Source of the DNA: an uncultured archaeon
Lineage (GTDB): Archaea; Nanobdellota; Nanobdellia; Pacearchaeales; GW2011-AR1
Length of the DNA stretch: 64,000 nt
Reading direction: 5' to 3'
Assembly (NCBI GenBank): GCA_963845205.1
Contig: CAWJRC010000004.1
Location: 105,040 to 169,039, forward strand
The notes under the pieces are model-generated. The model saw only the letters and a list, made by a program, of their open reading frames with translations. It searched no databases and was not told the DNA's origin. The position numbers were made by a program, and so were the translations under genes. Position 1 is the stretch's first letter. Each line of letters opens with the position of its first letter. Shown here one piece after another: positions 28,908 to 39,532 of this stretch.

Positions 28908-29636
28908 ATGTTATACATTATTGGATTAGGGCTTAATGAAAGAGGAATTTCTGCCGAGGGAATTGAAGCTGCAAAGAAATGCGCAAAGGTCTATCTTGAA
29001 AATTATACTGTAAATTTTCCATATGACACAAAAAAGTTAGAAAAAATTACAGGAAAGATAATTCCTGCAGACAGAAGTTTTGTCGAGAGCGACGCATTAA
29101 TCAAAGAGTCTAAAAAAAATGATACTGCTCTTCTGGTTTACGGAAGCCCGTTAACAGCGACAACGCATATTTCTCTAATTGAAGAGGCAAAGAAAAATAA
29201 CATTAAATGCGAAATCATTTATGCTGCTTCGATATTTGATGCGATAGCAGAAACAGGACTTCAAATTTACAAATTCGGAAAAATTGCAAGCATGCCAAAG
29301 TGGGGAGCAAGCTACAAGCCCACAAGCTTCATGGAAGTTGTAAGGGACAATCAGAAAATTAATGCACACAGTTTATTATTAATTGACATCGGACTCGATC
29401 TGAAAAATGCGATTGAAGAGTTGGAAATCTCGGCAAAAAAAGAAAAGATAAAATTTGGAAAAATTGTTATTTGCTCGCAGATGGGGACACCTGATAAAAA
29501 AATAATTTATGGGGAGATAAAAAATTTAGCAAAAAAAGAAACTGCAAAACCTTACTGCATCATAATCCCCTCAAAACTTCACTTCATGGAACAGGAAGTC
29601 CTAGATAATTATTCTGCAACAAATAAAAAAATATAA
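28908..29636 (+). CDS. dph5: diphthine synthase
   Basis: MLYIIGLGLNERGISAEGIEAAKKC...; SIFDAIAETGLQIYKFGK typical of DphB. Confidence 0.9.
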   Translation: MLYIIGLGLNERGISAEGIEAAKKCAKVYLENYTVNFPYDTKKLEKITGKIIPADRSFVESDALIKESKKNDTALLVYGSPLTATTHISLIEEAKKNNIKCEIIYAASIFDAIAETGLQIYKFGKIASMPKWGASYKPTSFMEVVRDNQKINAHSLLLIDIGLDLKNAIEELEISAKKEKIKFGKIVICSQMGTPDKKIIYGEIKNLAKKETAKPYCIIIPSKLHFMEQEVLDNYSATNKKI

Positions 29637-29657
29637 AGGAAGGGATTATATTTTTAT

Positions 29658-30005
29658 ATGGAAAGAGAACTAGAAGGAATTTTGGAAGATATTCCATGGT
29701 ATGACACTAATACATTTGAGAAAATTACCAAAGGCAAGCAGACATTCAAAACAAAAACAGTCAGTTCATTAAATTTGCGCGTAGATAACGAGATTAATTA
29801 TATAGAATTCAATGCTTATGTCGGCAGGGAAATGATAGGACAGAAAGTGATTTATCATGAGAAGATTATGAAGATTGGAAATAATGGGAGGTTGTATGAT
29901 CCAAAGATTTCAGAATTGATAATCCGGCAAGAATTAACTCCCAAAGATAAAACCTTACCGACATATAGAGCGATGACAGAGCGTATAGGCATAAGCTTCG
30001 AATAG
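29658..30005 (+). CDS. hypothetical protein
   Basis: 115-aa ORF. Confidence 0.35.
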   Translation: MERELEGILEDIPWYDTNTFEKITKGKQTFKTKTVSSLNLRVDNEINYIEFNAYVGREMIGQKVIYHEKIMKIGNNGRLYDPKISELIIRQELTPKDKTLPTYRAMTERIGISFE

Positions 30006-30021
30006 ATAAAGTTTAGAATTT

Positions 30022-30339
30022 ATGGAAAAAACAATATTTTATGATACGGTGGGGAAAAAGAACAGGAGATACCATTTTCTTAATTTTGGAAAGAAACTTC
30101 TGAAACATTTTAATGGCGCTGAATTGATTACCTGTGGTTGCCCAAATCATGCGCATATATACTCTCTTCCGCTGGAAAAAGTGGAGGTCAGATACAACTA
30201 TTATGAGCATTATATCGATGACGAAGACTGGTCCGGCCGTTATAATGGCAAGTTTCTAGATAAAGCAAGAATAATTCTTTCTGGTTCAAAGGAAAAAATA
30301 AGCGAAGTCGAGAAAATTATTTTAGACTCTCATTTCTAA
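30022..30339 (+). CDS. hypothetical protein
   Basis: 105-aa ORF. Confidence 0.3.
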   Translation: MEKTIFYDTVGKKNRRYHFLNFGKKLLKHFNGAELITCGCPNHAHIYSLPLEKVEVRYNYYEHYIDDEDWSGRYNGKFLDKARIILSGSKEKISEVEKIILDSHF

Positions 30340-30386
30340 AATTTTAATAAAGAATTATTTAAAAATATAAAATAACAAGTAATAAG

Positions 30387-33215
30387 ATGTACGATATAGA
30401 AGGGGAAAAGAAAATCCTGAAATTCTGGAAAGAGAAAAAAATATTTGAAAAATTGATAAAAAAGAACAAGGGCAAAAAAAGATTCAGCTTTATTGACGGC
30501 CCGATTACCGCAAATAATCCCATGGGGGTTCATCATGCATGGGGAAGGACATACAAAGATGTTTTCCAGAGGCTGAAGGCGATGCAGGGATTTGAAGAAA
30601 GATTCCAGAACGGATTTGACTGTCAGGGACTGTGGGTTGAAAGAGAAGAAGAAAAAGATCTTGGACTGAAAGACAAAAAAGACATTGAAAAATTCGGAAT
30701 ATTAAATTTTGTCAATGCCTGCAGAAAAAGGGTTGAAAAATTTTCCAAGATACAGACAGAACAGTCAGTAAGACTTGGAATGTGGATGGACTGGGAAAAT
30801 TCTTATTACACTATGACAGACAATAATAATCTTCATAACTGGTTCCTGATCAAAACATACCATGACAAAGGATGGCTCTACAAAGGAAAGGATATTGTTC
30901 CGTGGTGCTGGAGATGCGGAACCGCAAGCTCAAAGCATGACATTGTTACAGAAGGTTACAAAGAAGTAACACATCGGGCATTATTCATGAGATTTCCTGT
31001 TAAAGGAAAAAAGAATGAATTCTTTTTAATTTTCACGACAACTCCCTGGACTGTCCCGGCAAATGTCGCAATTGCGGTAAACAAAGATATAATATATGTC
31101 AAGGCAGAGCAGGAAGGCAAATATTACTGGCTTGCTGAAAAAAGACTGAATGAATTAAACGGGGATTACAAAATCATCGAGAAGAAAAAGGGAAAAGAGC
31201 TTGAAGGAATCGAATATGAAATGCCCTACAAAAATTTTCCAGAGCAAAAAAAATCACAGCATAAAGTTGTTCTTTGGGAACTGGCCTCTGAAGAAGAAGG
31301 AACAGGAATTGTGCACATTGCTCCCGGATGCGGTGCAGAAGATTATGAATTAGGAAAAAAATTAAAATTAAATGTAATCTCCCCCCTTGATGAAGCAGGA
31401 ATTTATTCTGAAGGATTCGGGGAATTCAGCGGAAAGAAATATTCTGAAGTAAACAAAGAAATTTTAGCTGATTTAGAAAAAAAAGGTTTCGCATACAAAG
31501 TAGTCCCTTACAAGCACAGGTATCCGCACTGCTGGAGATGCGGAGAGGAACTTGTTTTCAGATTAGTCAGCGAATGGTACATTAAATGCGATGAGATGAG
31601 AAAGAAACTTATTGAAGAAAACAGAAAAGTAAAATGGTATCCTGAATACGGAAAAGTCAGGCAGGAAGAATGGTTCAAGAACATGGGGGACTGGCTTATA
31701 TCAAGGGAAAGATACTGGGGACTTCCGCTGCCTATATGGGAATGCAAATGCGGAGAGATTTTTGTCGCGGGAAACATGAAAGAATTAAGGGAAAGGGCAG
31801 CCGACAAAAAGAAAGTTGACAATCTTAAAGAAATCCACAGGCCGTGGATAGACGGAATAAAAATAAAATGCCAAAAATGCGGAAAAGAAGCTGAGAGAAT
31901 CAAGGATGTTGGTGATGCGTGGCTCGACGCTGGAATTGTTCCATTTTCAACTTTGAATTATTTAACAGATAGAGAATACTGGAAAAAATGGTTCCCTGCA
32001 GACTTAATTTCAGAGAGCATGCCCGGACAGTCGAGAGGATGGTTCAATGCCCTGATGTGGGCGAGCGTTGCAATAACAGGGAAAGCTCCTTACAAATCCC
32101 TTTTAGGATATGAAACTCTTAAAGACGAAAAAGGAAATGAGATGCACAAAAGCAAAGGAAATGCTATCTGGTTTGACGAAGCTGTTGAAAAAATCGGGGC
32201 AGATCCTATGAGGCTGCTTTACTGCCTGCAAGATCCAAGCCAGGAGTTAAGATTCGGATTCAATGTTGTAAAAGAGCCGACAAACAATCTTACAATTTTC
32301 TACAACATAAGCAAACTTGTAGAGAAATCAAAGGGAACAAAGAAACTCAATATCGAAGACAAATGGATAATCAGCAAACTTAATTCCCTGATTAAGACAA
32401 TGACAGAAGAACTGGACAATCTGCATCTTTATGTAGCTGCAAGAGCTCTCCAGAATTTCTGGGCCAATGACTTAAGCAGGGGATATATCCAATTTGTAAG
32501 AGACAGACTTGCTGAAAATGATGAAGCCGCAAAAGGCACACTTAATGAAGTTTATCTTACACTGTTGAAACTTGCTTCTCCGATAATTCCGTTCACTACA
32601 GAAAAAATCTGGCAGGAATTAAAAGAGAAAAAAATTGTGAATGAAGAGTCTGTTCATTTATCTAACTGGCCAAAAATAAATAATAAAAAAATTGATGACA
32701 AACTTGAGCAGGAATTCCAGAATGCAATGAAAATAATTGAAATGGGATTAGCAGAAAGAGATAAAATTCAGATCGGACTTAAATGGCCTCTTGCAAAGAT
32801 TACAATTTCAACAGATAAAAAATTAGGAAAAGAAATTCTGGAGATTGTTTCAAGGCAGCTGAATGTCAAGAAAGCTGAAATCAAAAATTCAAAGGAGATG
32901 GAAGCTCTTTTTGATACAAAAATGACTCCTGAACTTGAAGCAGAAGGCTATGCAAGAGAAATATCAAGGCAGGTGCAGGCATTCAGAAAAGAACTTGGAC
33001 TGAAAAAAACAGACAATATTGAGCTTGCAATATTCTGCGATGACGAACTTAGAAAAATGCTTGAAATGCAGAAAAAATTTGTAGCAGACAGGACGAACTC
33101 GACGGAGATTGAGCTTTTTTCCCAAAATGTTACAACTGACAAGGAAAGATTTAAAAAGAATATTGAGTTTAAAATTAAAGATAAAAGAGGAAAGATAGGA
33201 ATTATAAAAAAATAG
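30387..33215 (+). CDS. ileS: class Ia aminoacyl-tRNA synthetase, most consistent with isoleucyl-tRNA synthetase
   Basis: GPITANNPMGVHHAWGRT (HIGH region), GFDCQGLWVE, DWLISRERYWGLPLP, KMSKS-like EMHKSKGN, four CxxC zinc knuckles. Confidence 0.7.
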   Translation: MYDIEGEKKILKFWKEKKIFEKLIKKNKGKKRFSFIDGPITANNPMGVHHAWGRTYKDVFQRLKAMQGFEERFQNGFDCQGLWVEREEEKDLGLKDKKDIEKFGILNFVNACRKRVEKFSKIQTEQSVRLGMWMDWENSYYTMTDNNNLHNWFLIKTYHDKGWLYKGKDIVPWCWRCGTASSKHDIVTEGYKEVTHRALFMRFPVKGKKNEFFLIFTTTPWTVPANVAIAVNKDIIYVKAEQEGKYYWLAEKRLNELNGDYKIIEKKKGKELEGIEYEMPYKNFPEQKKSQHKVVLWELASEEEGTGIVHIAPGCGAEDYELGKKLKLNVISPLDEAGIYSEGFGEFSGKKYSEVNKEILADLEKKGFAYKVVPYKHRYPHCWRCGEELVFRLVSEWYIKCDEMRKKLIEENRKVKWYPEYGKVRQEEWFKNMGDWLISRERYWGLPLPIWECKCGEIFVAGNMKELRERAADKKKVDNLKEIHRPWIDGIKIKCQKCGKEAERIKDVGDAWLDAGIVPFSTLNYLTDREYWKKWFPADLISESMPGQSRGWFNALMWASVAITGKAPYKSLLGYETLKDEKGNEMHKSKGNAIWFDEAVEKIGADPMRLLYCLQDPSQELRFGFNVVKEPTNNLTIFYNISKLVEKSKGTKKLNIEDKWIISKLNSLIKTMTEELDNLHLYVAARALQNFWANDLSRGYIQFVRDRLAENDEAAKGTLNEVYLTLLKLASPIIPFTTEKIWQELKEKKIVNEESVHLSNWPKINNKKIDDKLEQEFQNAMKIIEMGLAERDKIQIGLKWPLAKITISTDKKLGKEILEIVSRQLNVKKAEIKNSKEMEALFDTKMTPELEAEGYAREISRQVQAFRKELGLKKTDNIELAIFCDDELRKMLEMQKKFVADRTNSTEIELFSQNVTTDKERFKKNIEFKIKDKRGKIGIIKK

Positions 33216-33291
33216 TTCCTCGTCAATGATACAAAAGATTTACTCTTTTAGCATAACAATATTTAAAAATAAAAAATAACAAGGAAATACA

Positions 33292-34098
33292 ATGATAGTT
33301 AAGGACGAATTTTTAAGCAGACTAAGAAAAATTTTTGATTTGAACTTATATGAAGTCAAGGTCTGGACTGCTTTGCTCTCAAGAGGAACAAGCACTGCAG
33401 GGGAGTTAAGCAATATTTCTGATGTTCCAAGAAGCAGAACCTATGATATTCTTGAATCTTTGGAGAAAAAAGGATTTATACTAATGAAATTGGGAAAGCC
33501 GATTAAATTCGTCGCATTAAAACCAGAAGAAGTTGTCGAGAGGGTAAAGAAAAACCTTGTAAAGTATGCAAAAGAAAGAACAGAAAGACTTGAGAATCTG
33601 AGAAATGACGAGGTTCTTGGAGAATTAAATGATCTATTCACAAAGGGAATAAAGTTTGTTGAGCCATCTGACTTGTCAGGAAGCTTGAGGGGAAGACAAA
33701 ATCTATACAATCATATTGACATGATGATAAGAGGAGCAGAAAGGAATATTACAATAGTCACAACAAGAGAAGGACTTAACAGAAAATTCGAAGCGCTTAT
33801 GCCCACTCTTGAAAAATGCAAGAAGAGAGGAGTCAAGATAAGAATCGCTGCTCCGATTGACAACAGCAACATAAAAGTAGCAAAAGAATTCAAAAAAGTT
33901 GCGGACGTGAAAAATGTTGACGGATTAAAAGCAAGATTTGTTATTGTAGACTCTAATCAATTGATGTTCATGCTTCTTGACGACGAGAAATTCCATCCGA
34001 ATTACGATGTCGGAATCTGGGTCAATACAGAATTCTTTGCCCAGGCACTGGAACAGATTTTCGAAATTGCATGGAAAGAAATGAAGGCAGTCAAATAG
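33292..34098 (+). CDS. TrmB-family transcriptional regulator
   Basis: N-terminal wHTH (LYEVKVWTALLSRGTSTAGELSNISDVPRSRTYDILESLEKKGF) plus C-terminal TrmB-like domain. Confidence 0.7.
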   Translation: MIVKDEFLSRLRKIFDLNLYEVKVWTALLSRGTSTAGELSNISDVPRSRTYDILESLEKKGFILMKLGKPIKFVALKPEEVVERVKKNLVKYAKERTERLENLRNDEVLGELNDLFTKGIKFVEPSDLSGSLRGRQNLYNHIDMMIRGAERNITIVTTREGLNRKFEALMPTLEKCKKRGVKIRIAAPIDNSNIKVAKEFKKVADVKNVDGLKARFVIVDSNQLMFMLLDDEKFHPNYDVGIWVNTEFFAQALEQIFEIAWKEMKAVK

Positions 34099-34114
34099 TT
34101 CTATATTTTATTTT

Positions 34115-34432
34115 TTGACAATTTTTATAAAGGAAAATCAGGTATATTTTTTTATGGATATAGAGTTACTAACAACTTCTGCAGGAGATTATGCAGAATC
34201 AAAAGGAAGGAGATTGAGCGATTATCAGATGATAGGACTGCAATGCAAAGGACTTGATAAAGAAGGCGCAGAATTCTGGATTAGACATGAGGCATTTATG
34301 AAGAGATGTTCGGCAGTTGTTGATTTGAGATATTCAGTTAAGCCCGGAAGGGAAGCAAGTTTCTGGAATATTTTTGACATGGGGGAATACGCTGAATATA
34401 TCATATCCGGCACAGGATTAAAATTGAAATAA
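34115..34432 (+). CDS. hypothetical protein
   Basis: 105-aa ORF. Confidence 0.3.
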   Translation: MTIFIKENQVYFFMDIELLTTSAGDYAESKGRRLSDYQMIGLQCKGLDKEGAEFWIRHEAFMKRCSAVVDLRYSVKPGREASFWNIFDMGEYAEYIISGTGLKLK

Positions 34433-34443
34433 AAAATACTTCT

Positions 34444-34884
34444 ATGAATAAGCTACAAAAATTTTTGGGTATTGGAGTTCTTGCATTAGGATTAGCAGGA
34501 TGCAAAGAACAAACAATAGACTATGAATATTCCAATATAAAACATGAAAGAGCAGTTGTAACTTATAAAAATGAAAGCAGGGGATTGAGGTGGATAGGAA
34601 GAATGAGTTATCTTTATGAAAGATATGAAATCACTTTTAAAGGAAAAATAGAATTTGAATTAGAAGATGAAGAAATGTATGGCAAATTTAATTCAAACGA
34701 CATAGCTGATGTCAGCTACAGGGAAGTTTACACTTCATTATCAACTTATGACGACACGAATAACAGTGGAACAAATTGTCTAATTGAAAAAAAATTTGTG
34801 GACAGCAATTCTGAATTCACTGAAAAGAAATGCGTATCCGGTTACGATTTTGTTGACGCCCGGCTAATAAGAAAAAGCAGATAA
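34444..34884 (+). CDS. lipoprotein (lipobox LAGC)
   Basis: MNKLQKFLGIGVLALGLAGC. Confidence 0.45.
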   Translation: MNKLQKFLGIGVLALGLAGCKEQTIDYEYSNIKHERAVVTYKNESRGLRWIGRMSYLYERYEITFKGKIEFELEDEEMYGKFNSNDIADVSYREVYTSLSTYDDTNNSGTNCLIEKKFVDSNSEFTEKKCVSGYDFVDARLIRKSR

Positions 34885-36573
34885 TTACATTTCTTCCATT
34901 ACTTCTATTCCCAAAAGATAAAGAGAATTTTTTACTGTTGTTCTGAAAGCATTTACTAACATAAGCCTGAATGCTTCTGACTTGTCGCCGATCACAGGGC
35001 ATGAATGATAAAATTCATTAAATTTCTGAGCGAGATCGAAAGAATAATTTGCAATCAATGCAGGATTCAGATCTTTCTGTGCAGTTTCAACAACTTCCGG
35101 AAATTCTGAAATTTTTTTAACCAAGGCATTTTCATTCGGGGTTAAATCCTGAATCTTTATTTTTGACTTGTTGAATTTCCCTGCCTTTGCTATTATAGAA
35201 GAAGCTCTCGCATAACTGTACTGAATGTACGGGCCAGAATCTCCTTCGAAATTCAGAGCCTGCTCCCATGAGAAATTAACGTCTGCCGAAGGAGCAGATT
35301 TTAATACAATATATTTCACTGCGCCGACACCTACTTTTTCCGCGTCGCCTTTTGTTTTCCTCTTTTTTATTTCCTCTCCTGCCTTTGAAATTGTTTTCTG
35401 AAGAACATCTTCAAGAAGGATAATATCTCCTGTTCTAGTAGCCATTATTTCATTCCCAAACTTTATTGTCCCGAACGGAAGATGAACCAGCTTATCTGAA
35501 AAATCATAGCCAAACAATTTTAAAATTTTAAACAGCCAGCTGAAATGATCGTTCTGCCTGAAATCTGTTACATAGATCATCTCGTCAAAATTATATTTTT
35601 TATACCTCTCAATTGCAGCTCCTATATCATATGTTATGTAGGATGCTGTCCTGTTGGAGCGGAGTATAAATTTTTTTTCTCCGTTTATCTCAACATAGAT
35701 TGCTTCATGTTCTGATTTGGCAATTTTTTTGAAAAGAGCATTAAGAACTATCTGCTTTCCTTTTTCCGCAAACTCGCTCTGACCTACGGTTTCATTGAAA
35801 TTCACTCCGAGCAATTCATAAACTTTATCAAAGCCTTTTCCTGAAGCCTCTCTTATGTCATTCCAGATTTTTTCTGTCTTCTTGTCCCCCATTTCCAGAA
35901 GCTTCAGCTTTTCTTTTGCGCGCTTTGTCCATTCATTGTCCTGAAATTCCTCTTCCATTCCTTCTGTAATCTCTGACTTTTCTTTTTCGCAGAATTTGAC
36001 ATACAATCTTAATAATTCCTGAACGGGATCTTTTGCAAGAGCTTTTTTGTCAAGCCATAAGTCATATGCAACGATCAGTTTTCCTATATGCAAGCCGATA
36101 TCACCCAGATAGTTTATGCCTGTTGTTTTGTACCCGAGAAAATCATAAATCCTCATCATAGAATCCCCCAGAATTGTAGAGCGGATATGCCCTATGTGCA
36201 TCGGCTTTCCGATGTTCGGCCCTGAGAAGTCAATTACAACTTTTTTCCCCTTTCCCACAGGAGATTTTCCGAAATTCGCATTTATCTTTATCATCTTTGC
36301 GGCAAGGATTTTTTTGTTTACGAAAAAATTCAGGTAAGGCCCTTTGCTTTCAACTTTTTCTATCTCTTCCGGAAGTTTTATTTTCTGCGCAAGATGCTCT
36401 GCAATCTTGTCAGGAGATTTTTTTTCTTTTTTTGAAAGAATAAAACACGGAAAGGCATAATCGCCCAATTCCTGCGATGGGGGGACTTCAAGAAGTTTTT
36501 CTATCTCCTCATTTTTTAATTTTATTCCCTCTTCCTGCAGAATCTTGATTATTACCTCTTTCATAAAAGTCAT
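34885..36573 (-). CDS. argS: arginyl-tRNA synthetase
   Basis: HIGHIRSTILGDS; class I fold, 562 aa, C-terminal ...EEM. Confidence 0.85.
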   Translation of the reverse strand: MTFMKEVIIKILQEEGIKLKNEEIEKLLEVPPSQELGDYAFPCFILSKKEKKSPDKIAEHLAQKIKLPEEIEKVESKGPYLNFFVNKKILAAKMIKINANFGKSPVGKGKKVVIDFSGPNIGKPMHIGHIRSTILGDSMMRIYDFLGYKTTGINYLGDIGLHIGKLIVAYDLWLDKKALAKDPVQELLRLYVKFCEKEKSEITEGMEEEFQDNEWTKRAKEKLKLLEMGDKKTEKIWNDIREASGKGFDKVYELLGVNFNETVGQSEFAEKGKQIVLNALFKKIAKSEHEAIYVEINGEKKFILRSNRTASYITYDIGAAIERYKKYNFDEMIYVTDFRQNDHFSWLFKILKLFGYDFSDKLVHLPFGTIKFGNEIMATRTGDIILLEDVLQKTISKAGEEIKKRKTKGDAEKVGVGAVKYIVLKSAPSADVNFSWEQALNFEGDSGPYIQYSYARASSIIAKAGKFNKSKIKIQDLTPNENALVKKISEFPEVVETAQKDLNPALIANYSFDLAQKFNEFYHSCPVIGDKSEAFRLMLVNAFRTTVKNSLYLLGIEVMEEM

Positions 36574-36636
36574 AATGAATATTCATTTTTATATCTTTTT
36601 CATAAAAAATATAAAGCATGTTTTTCATAATATATA

Positions 36637-37542
36637 ATGGAAAAAGGGGGGAATATCTACGATGTTGTTATCGTGGGAGCAGGGCCTGCGGGGCTGACAG
36701 CTGCTCTTTATGCGATACGGGCAGGAATCAAAACACTTCTTATTTCAAGGAATCTCGGCGGCACCGCAAATTCAATTGTTAATCTTGAAAACTGGCCAGG
36801 CTACAAGGGCACTGGAATCGATCTGATGAAAAGCTTTTACGAGCAGCTAAAGGCATATCCCATAGAAGTTATTCTCGACGACATCAAGAGCATCGAGAGA
36901 AGGGGAAAAATATTTTCAGTAAAAACTCCTGATAAAGAAATACTTACAAAGACGGTAATTCTTGCAACAGGAATCAAAAGAGCAGACCTGAAAATTCCGG
37001 GCGAAGAAAGATTGATGGGAAGAGGAGTCAGCTACTGCGTTACATGCGATGCATTTTTTTTCAAGGGGAAAACCGTAGCGTTTGTTGTTAAAGAAGATTC
37101 AAAACCCGAAGACATCATAACGCTGGCAAATACAGCGCAGAAGGTTTATGTCCTCTGCAACAGGAAAATAAGATTCGAGAATGAAATTAAAAATCTTATC
37201 AGGGACGGAAGAGTGGAAGTTATTTACGGACTTGCTCAGGAAATTATAGGAGAGGACAAAGTTGAAAGGCTGAGGATAAAAGATCCGAAAGGAGACAGGG
37301 AACTCGAAATTGACGGCATTTTCATTGAAATAGGATCAACTCCGCTTACAGAATACGCAAAAAAAATGGGGCTTAAACTTGACAAAGAAAAATTTATTAT
37401 GGTTAACAGGAACACAGAAACTTCTGTTAGGGGAATTTTTGCAGCAGGCGATGTTACAGATGTAAAACTGAGACAGGTCCTTACTGCTTCTGCGCAGGGG
37501 GCAATTGCAGCCAAGATGTCAGAGAATTTTGTAGGGAAATAA
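36637..37542 (+). CDS. trxB: thioredoxin-disulfide reductase
   Basis: VVIVGAGPAGLTAALYA, redox CVTC, second Rossmann motif. Confidence 0.8.
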   Translation: MEKGGNIYDVVIVGAGPAGLTAALYAIRAGIKTLLISRNLGGTANSIVNLENWPGYKGTGIDLMKSFYEQLKAYPIEVILDDIKSIERRGKIFSVKTPDKEILTKTVILATGIKRADLKIPGEERLMGRGVSYCVTCDAFFFKGKTVAFVVKEDSKPEDIITLANTAQKVYVLCNRKIRFENEIKNLIRDGRVEVIYGLAQEIIGEDKVERLRIKDPKGDRELEIDGIFIEIGSTPLTEYAKKMGLKLDKEKFIMVNRNTETSVRGIFAAGDVTDVKLRQVLTASAQGAIAAKMSENFVGK

Positions 37543-37581
37543 TGCCAGAAAGTTTAAAAATAAAAATATTCTAAACATTTT

Positions 37582-37974
37582 ATGAGCCTGAAAAAAATAG
37601 TTAAAAGGGCAGGTTTGATATTAACTGGCGGAGCAATTACGTTAGGAGTATTGGGGTTTCTTAAAGGATATGATACATACACAATAACTTATGGAAGGGA
37701 AATTGATAAAGTAACGCGAACAATGGGAGTTCTGAATTACAAGGAGAAATATAATCTGGCTTTAGTCGATATAACCTGCGGAAATATTATTGCAACAAAC
37801 GATGAAAAACTTTTTAAGAAGTCGCTGGAAATATCCCCCTATGAAAAAAGGGGAGGAAGTCCATTTGGTTTGGTAAAGGGAACAATCAGGGAGATGGAAT
37901 ATTATACTGTAAAAGATAAAAAAGAAGAAGTAATAAAAAAAGAATGGGAAATTGTAGATATTACTAATCTTTAA
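37582..37974 (+). CDS. N-terminally anchored hypothetical protein
   Basis: 130 aa, one N-terminal TM. Confidence 0.35.
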   Translation: MSLKKIVKRAGLILTGGAITLGVLGFLKGYDTYTITYGREIDKVTRTMGVLNYKEKYNLALVDITCGNIIATNDEKLFKKSLEISPYEKRGGSPFGLVKGTIREMEYYTVKDKKEEVIKKEWEIVDITNL

Positions 37975-38019
37975 ATCTTTAACACAAACAATTATTAACC
38001 TTATTTTTCTAAAAAGACG

Positions 38020-38256
38020 ATGGTAGAAATAAAAAAAGACAAACTTGAAGATGCGCTAAAAAATGAAAATTCAGAACAGCTAAAGGTAAGCAAAGACGCT
38101 GAAATCGGATTTCATCAGGGAGCGTTGAACACTCTTATGAATGAGAGGAATGAAATGATAAGGATGATTGCGCAGATAGAACATGTCATGCAGATGCATA
38201 TCAAAAGGCTCGAAGAGCTTGGCGTCAATATAAAAGTTTCCGACAAAAAAGAATAA
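38020..38256 (+). CDS. small coiled-coil protein
   Basis: 78-aa ORF. Confidence 0.3.
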   Translation: MVEIKKDKLEDALKNENSEQLKVSKDAEIGFHQGALNTLMNERNEMIRMIAQIEHVMQMHIKRLEELGVNIKVSDKKE

Positions 38257-38302
38257 TTCTAAAACAGATGATTCAAGAAAGTTTTATAAAATAATTTCAA
38301 TT

Positions 38303-39073
38303 TTGATAATTATGCCAAATATCAAAAATAAAGAATATGAAAAGGATGGTGCATTCATGCATTTCTTAACTCAGACAGATCAAAAAGAAGTAAGCACAAA
38401 TTATATTTTATCGAAACTTAAACAAAAATTTAATTTCAAAGATTATGATAAGTTTATTTTTACGGATATAGGAGCAGGGGAAGGCACATTAACTCTTCCG
38501 ATAATTAAGTTTTTAAAAAATAAGGTTGCGCTTACTACATATTGTATTGAACCATCGGAATTGATGGATGTATTGAAAATGAAATGCGGACCAAAAGTAA
38601 TTTATATAAAAAATGGGATGGAAGAAACTACTCTTCCTAACTCCGATTTTATCCTGATGGCACATTCAAGCAATTACATTAAGAATAAACCTGAATTTGC
38701 AAAGAGGCTGTATAGTTCTTTGAATAAAGGAGGAAAGATATTGATTATTGGAACAAAGTCTGATAGTGATGATATGAAGTTAAGAAGAGGATTGAGGTCC
38801 AGTGAAGAAAAGAAAAAAAGAGAAAGTATTTATGACCTTTTTGAAAAGTTAGGCCTAAAGGTAAGTGTTGAATTTGAGAAATCCACAATAAATCTTGAAA
38901 GCACACTAAAACCCAATGAAGTAGGAAAAGGGATTATATCTTTTTATTACCATATACCTTTCTCAGAATTAAAAAAAGCAGACATAGAAAAATTCCATCT
39001 AATCGCAAAAAAACTTGCACCAGACAATGTTCTTATTAAATATCTAAAATTTACTTGGGTCGAAAAGGATTGA
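38303..39073 (+). CDS. class I SAM-dependent methyltransferase
   Basis: motif I FTDIGAGEGTL, CIEPS, DFILMAHS, GGKILII. Confidence 0.6.
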   Translation: MIIMPNIKNKEYEKDGAFMHFLTQTDQKEVSTNYILSKLKQKFNFKDYDKFIFTDIGAGEGTLTLPIIKFLKNKVALTTYCIEPSELMDVLKMKCGPKVIYIKNGMEETTLPNSDFILMAHSSNYIKNKPEFAKRLYSSLNKGGKILIIGTKSDSDDMKLRRGLRSSEEKKKRESIYDLFEKLGLKVSVEFEKSTINLESTLKPNEVGKGIISFYYHIPFSELKKADIEKFHLIAKKLAPDNVLIKYLKFTWVEKD

Positions 39074-39122
39074 AAAGAATAATTCTAAAATAATATAAAT
39101 TGAAGATATTTCAAAAATAAAT

Positions 39123-39195
39123 GCCTCAGTAGCTCAGTTGGCAGAGCGTTGCTTTCGTAAAGCAAAGGTCGGGGGTTCAATCCCCTCCTGAGGCT
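39123..39195 (+). tRNA. tRNA-Thr (CGT)
   Basis: acceptor gcctcag/ctgaggc, D-arm, anticodon arm ttgct-ttCGTaa-agcaa, T-arm gggggttcaatcccc. Confidence 0.9.
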
Positions 39196-39235
39196 TTTTA
39201 AAAAATTTTAAATAGTTTGGTCCCCTTGAATATAT

Positions 39236-39466
39236 ATGAAAAAGGGGCTGATAAGAGATATATTGCTCGCAGGAATAATCGGAGCGGCTTCTATTGGGAT
39301 TAGCAGTTGCGTTGTCCGTGAAGATCCTTACCCTTACGATCAATATTATTATGATTCTCCCTATTATTACCCCTATTATCCTTACCATGATCATCATTAC
39401 ATACACCCCTATTATCGTCCTGAACAACATAACAATCATTCTGAACATAATGATCATCACCGTTAA
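39236..39466 (+). CDS. small lipoprotein with Tyr/Pro/His-rich low-complexity tail
   Basis: signal + lipobox ISSC, then DPYPYDQYYYDSPYYYPYYPYHDHHYIHPYY...HSEHNDHHR. Confidence 0.45.
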   Translation: MKKGLIRDILLAGIIGAASIGISSCVVREDPYPYDQYYYDSPYYYPYYPYHDHHYIHPYYRPEQHNNHSEHNDHHR

Positions 39467-39532
39467 ATTAAGTGCAGAAAATTTATTTGTATTAATTGAA
39501 GAATAGTTACACTACATAAAATTTATAAAGAA

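Noticed and set aside
39134-39506. ORFs 39134..39460(-) and 39294..39506(+) overlapping tRNA-Thr and the lipobox peptide
   Set aside because: The minus ORF runs through a tRNA gene. The + ORF is an alternative frame of a low-complexity region and lacks a signal or lipobox. Preferred 39236..39466.
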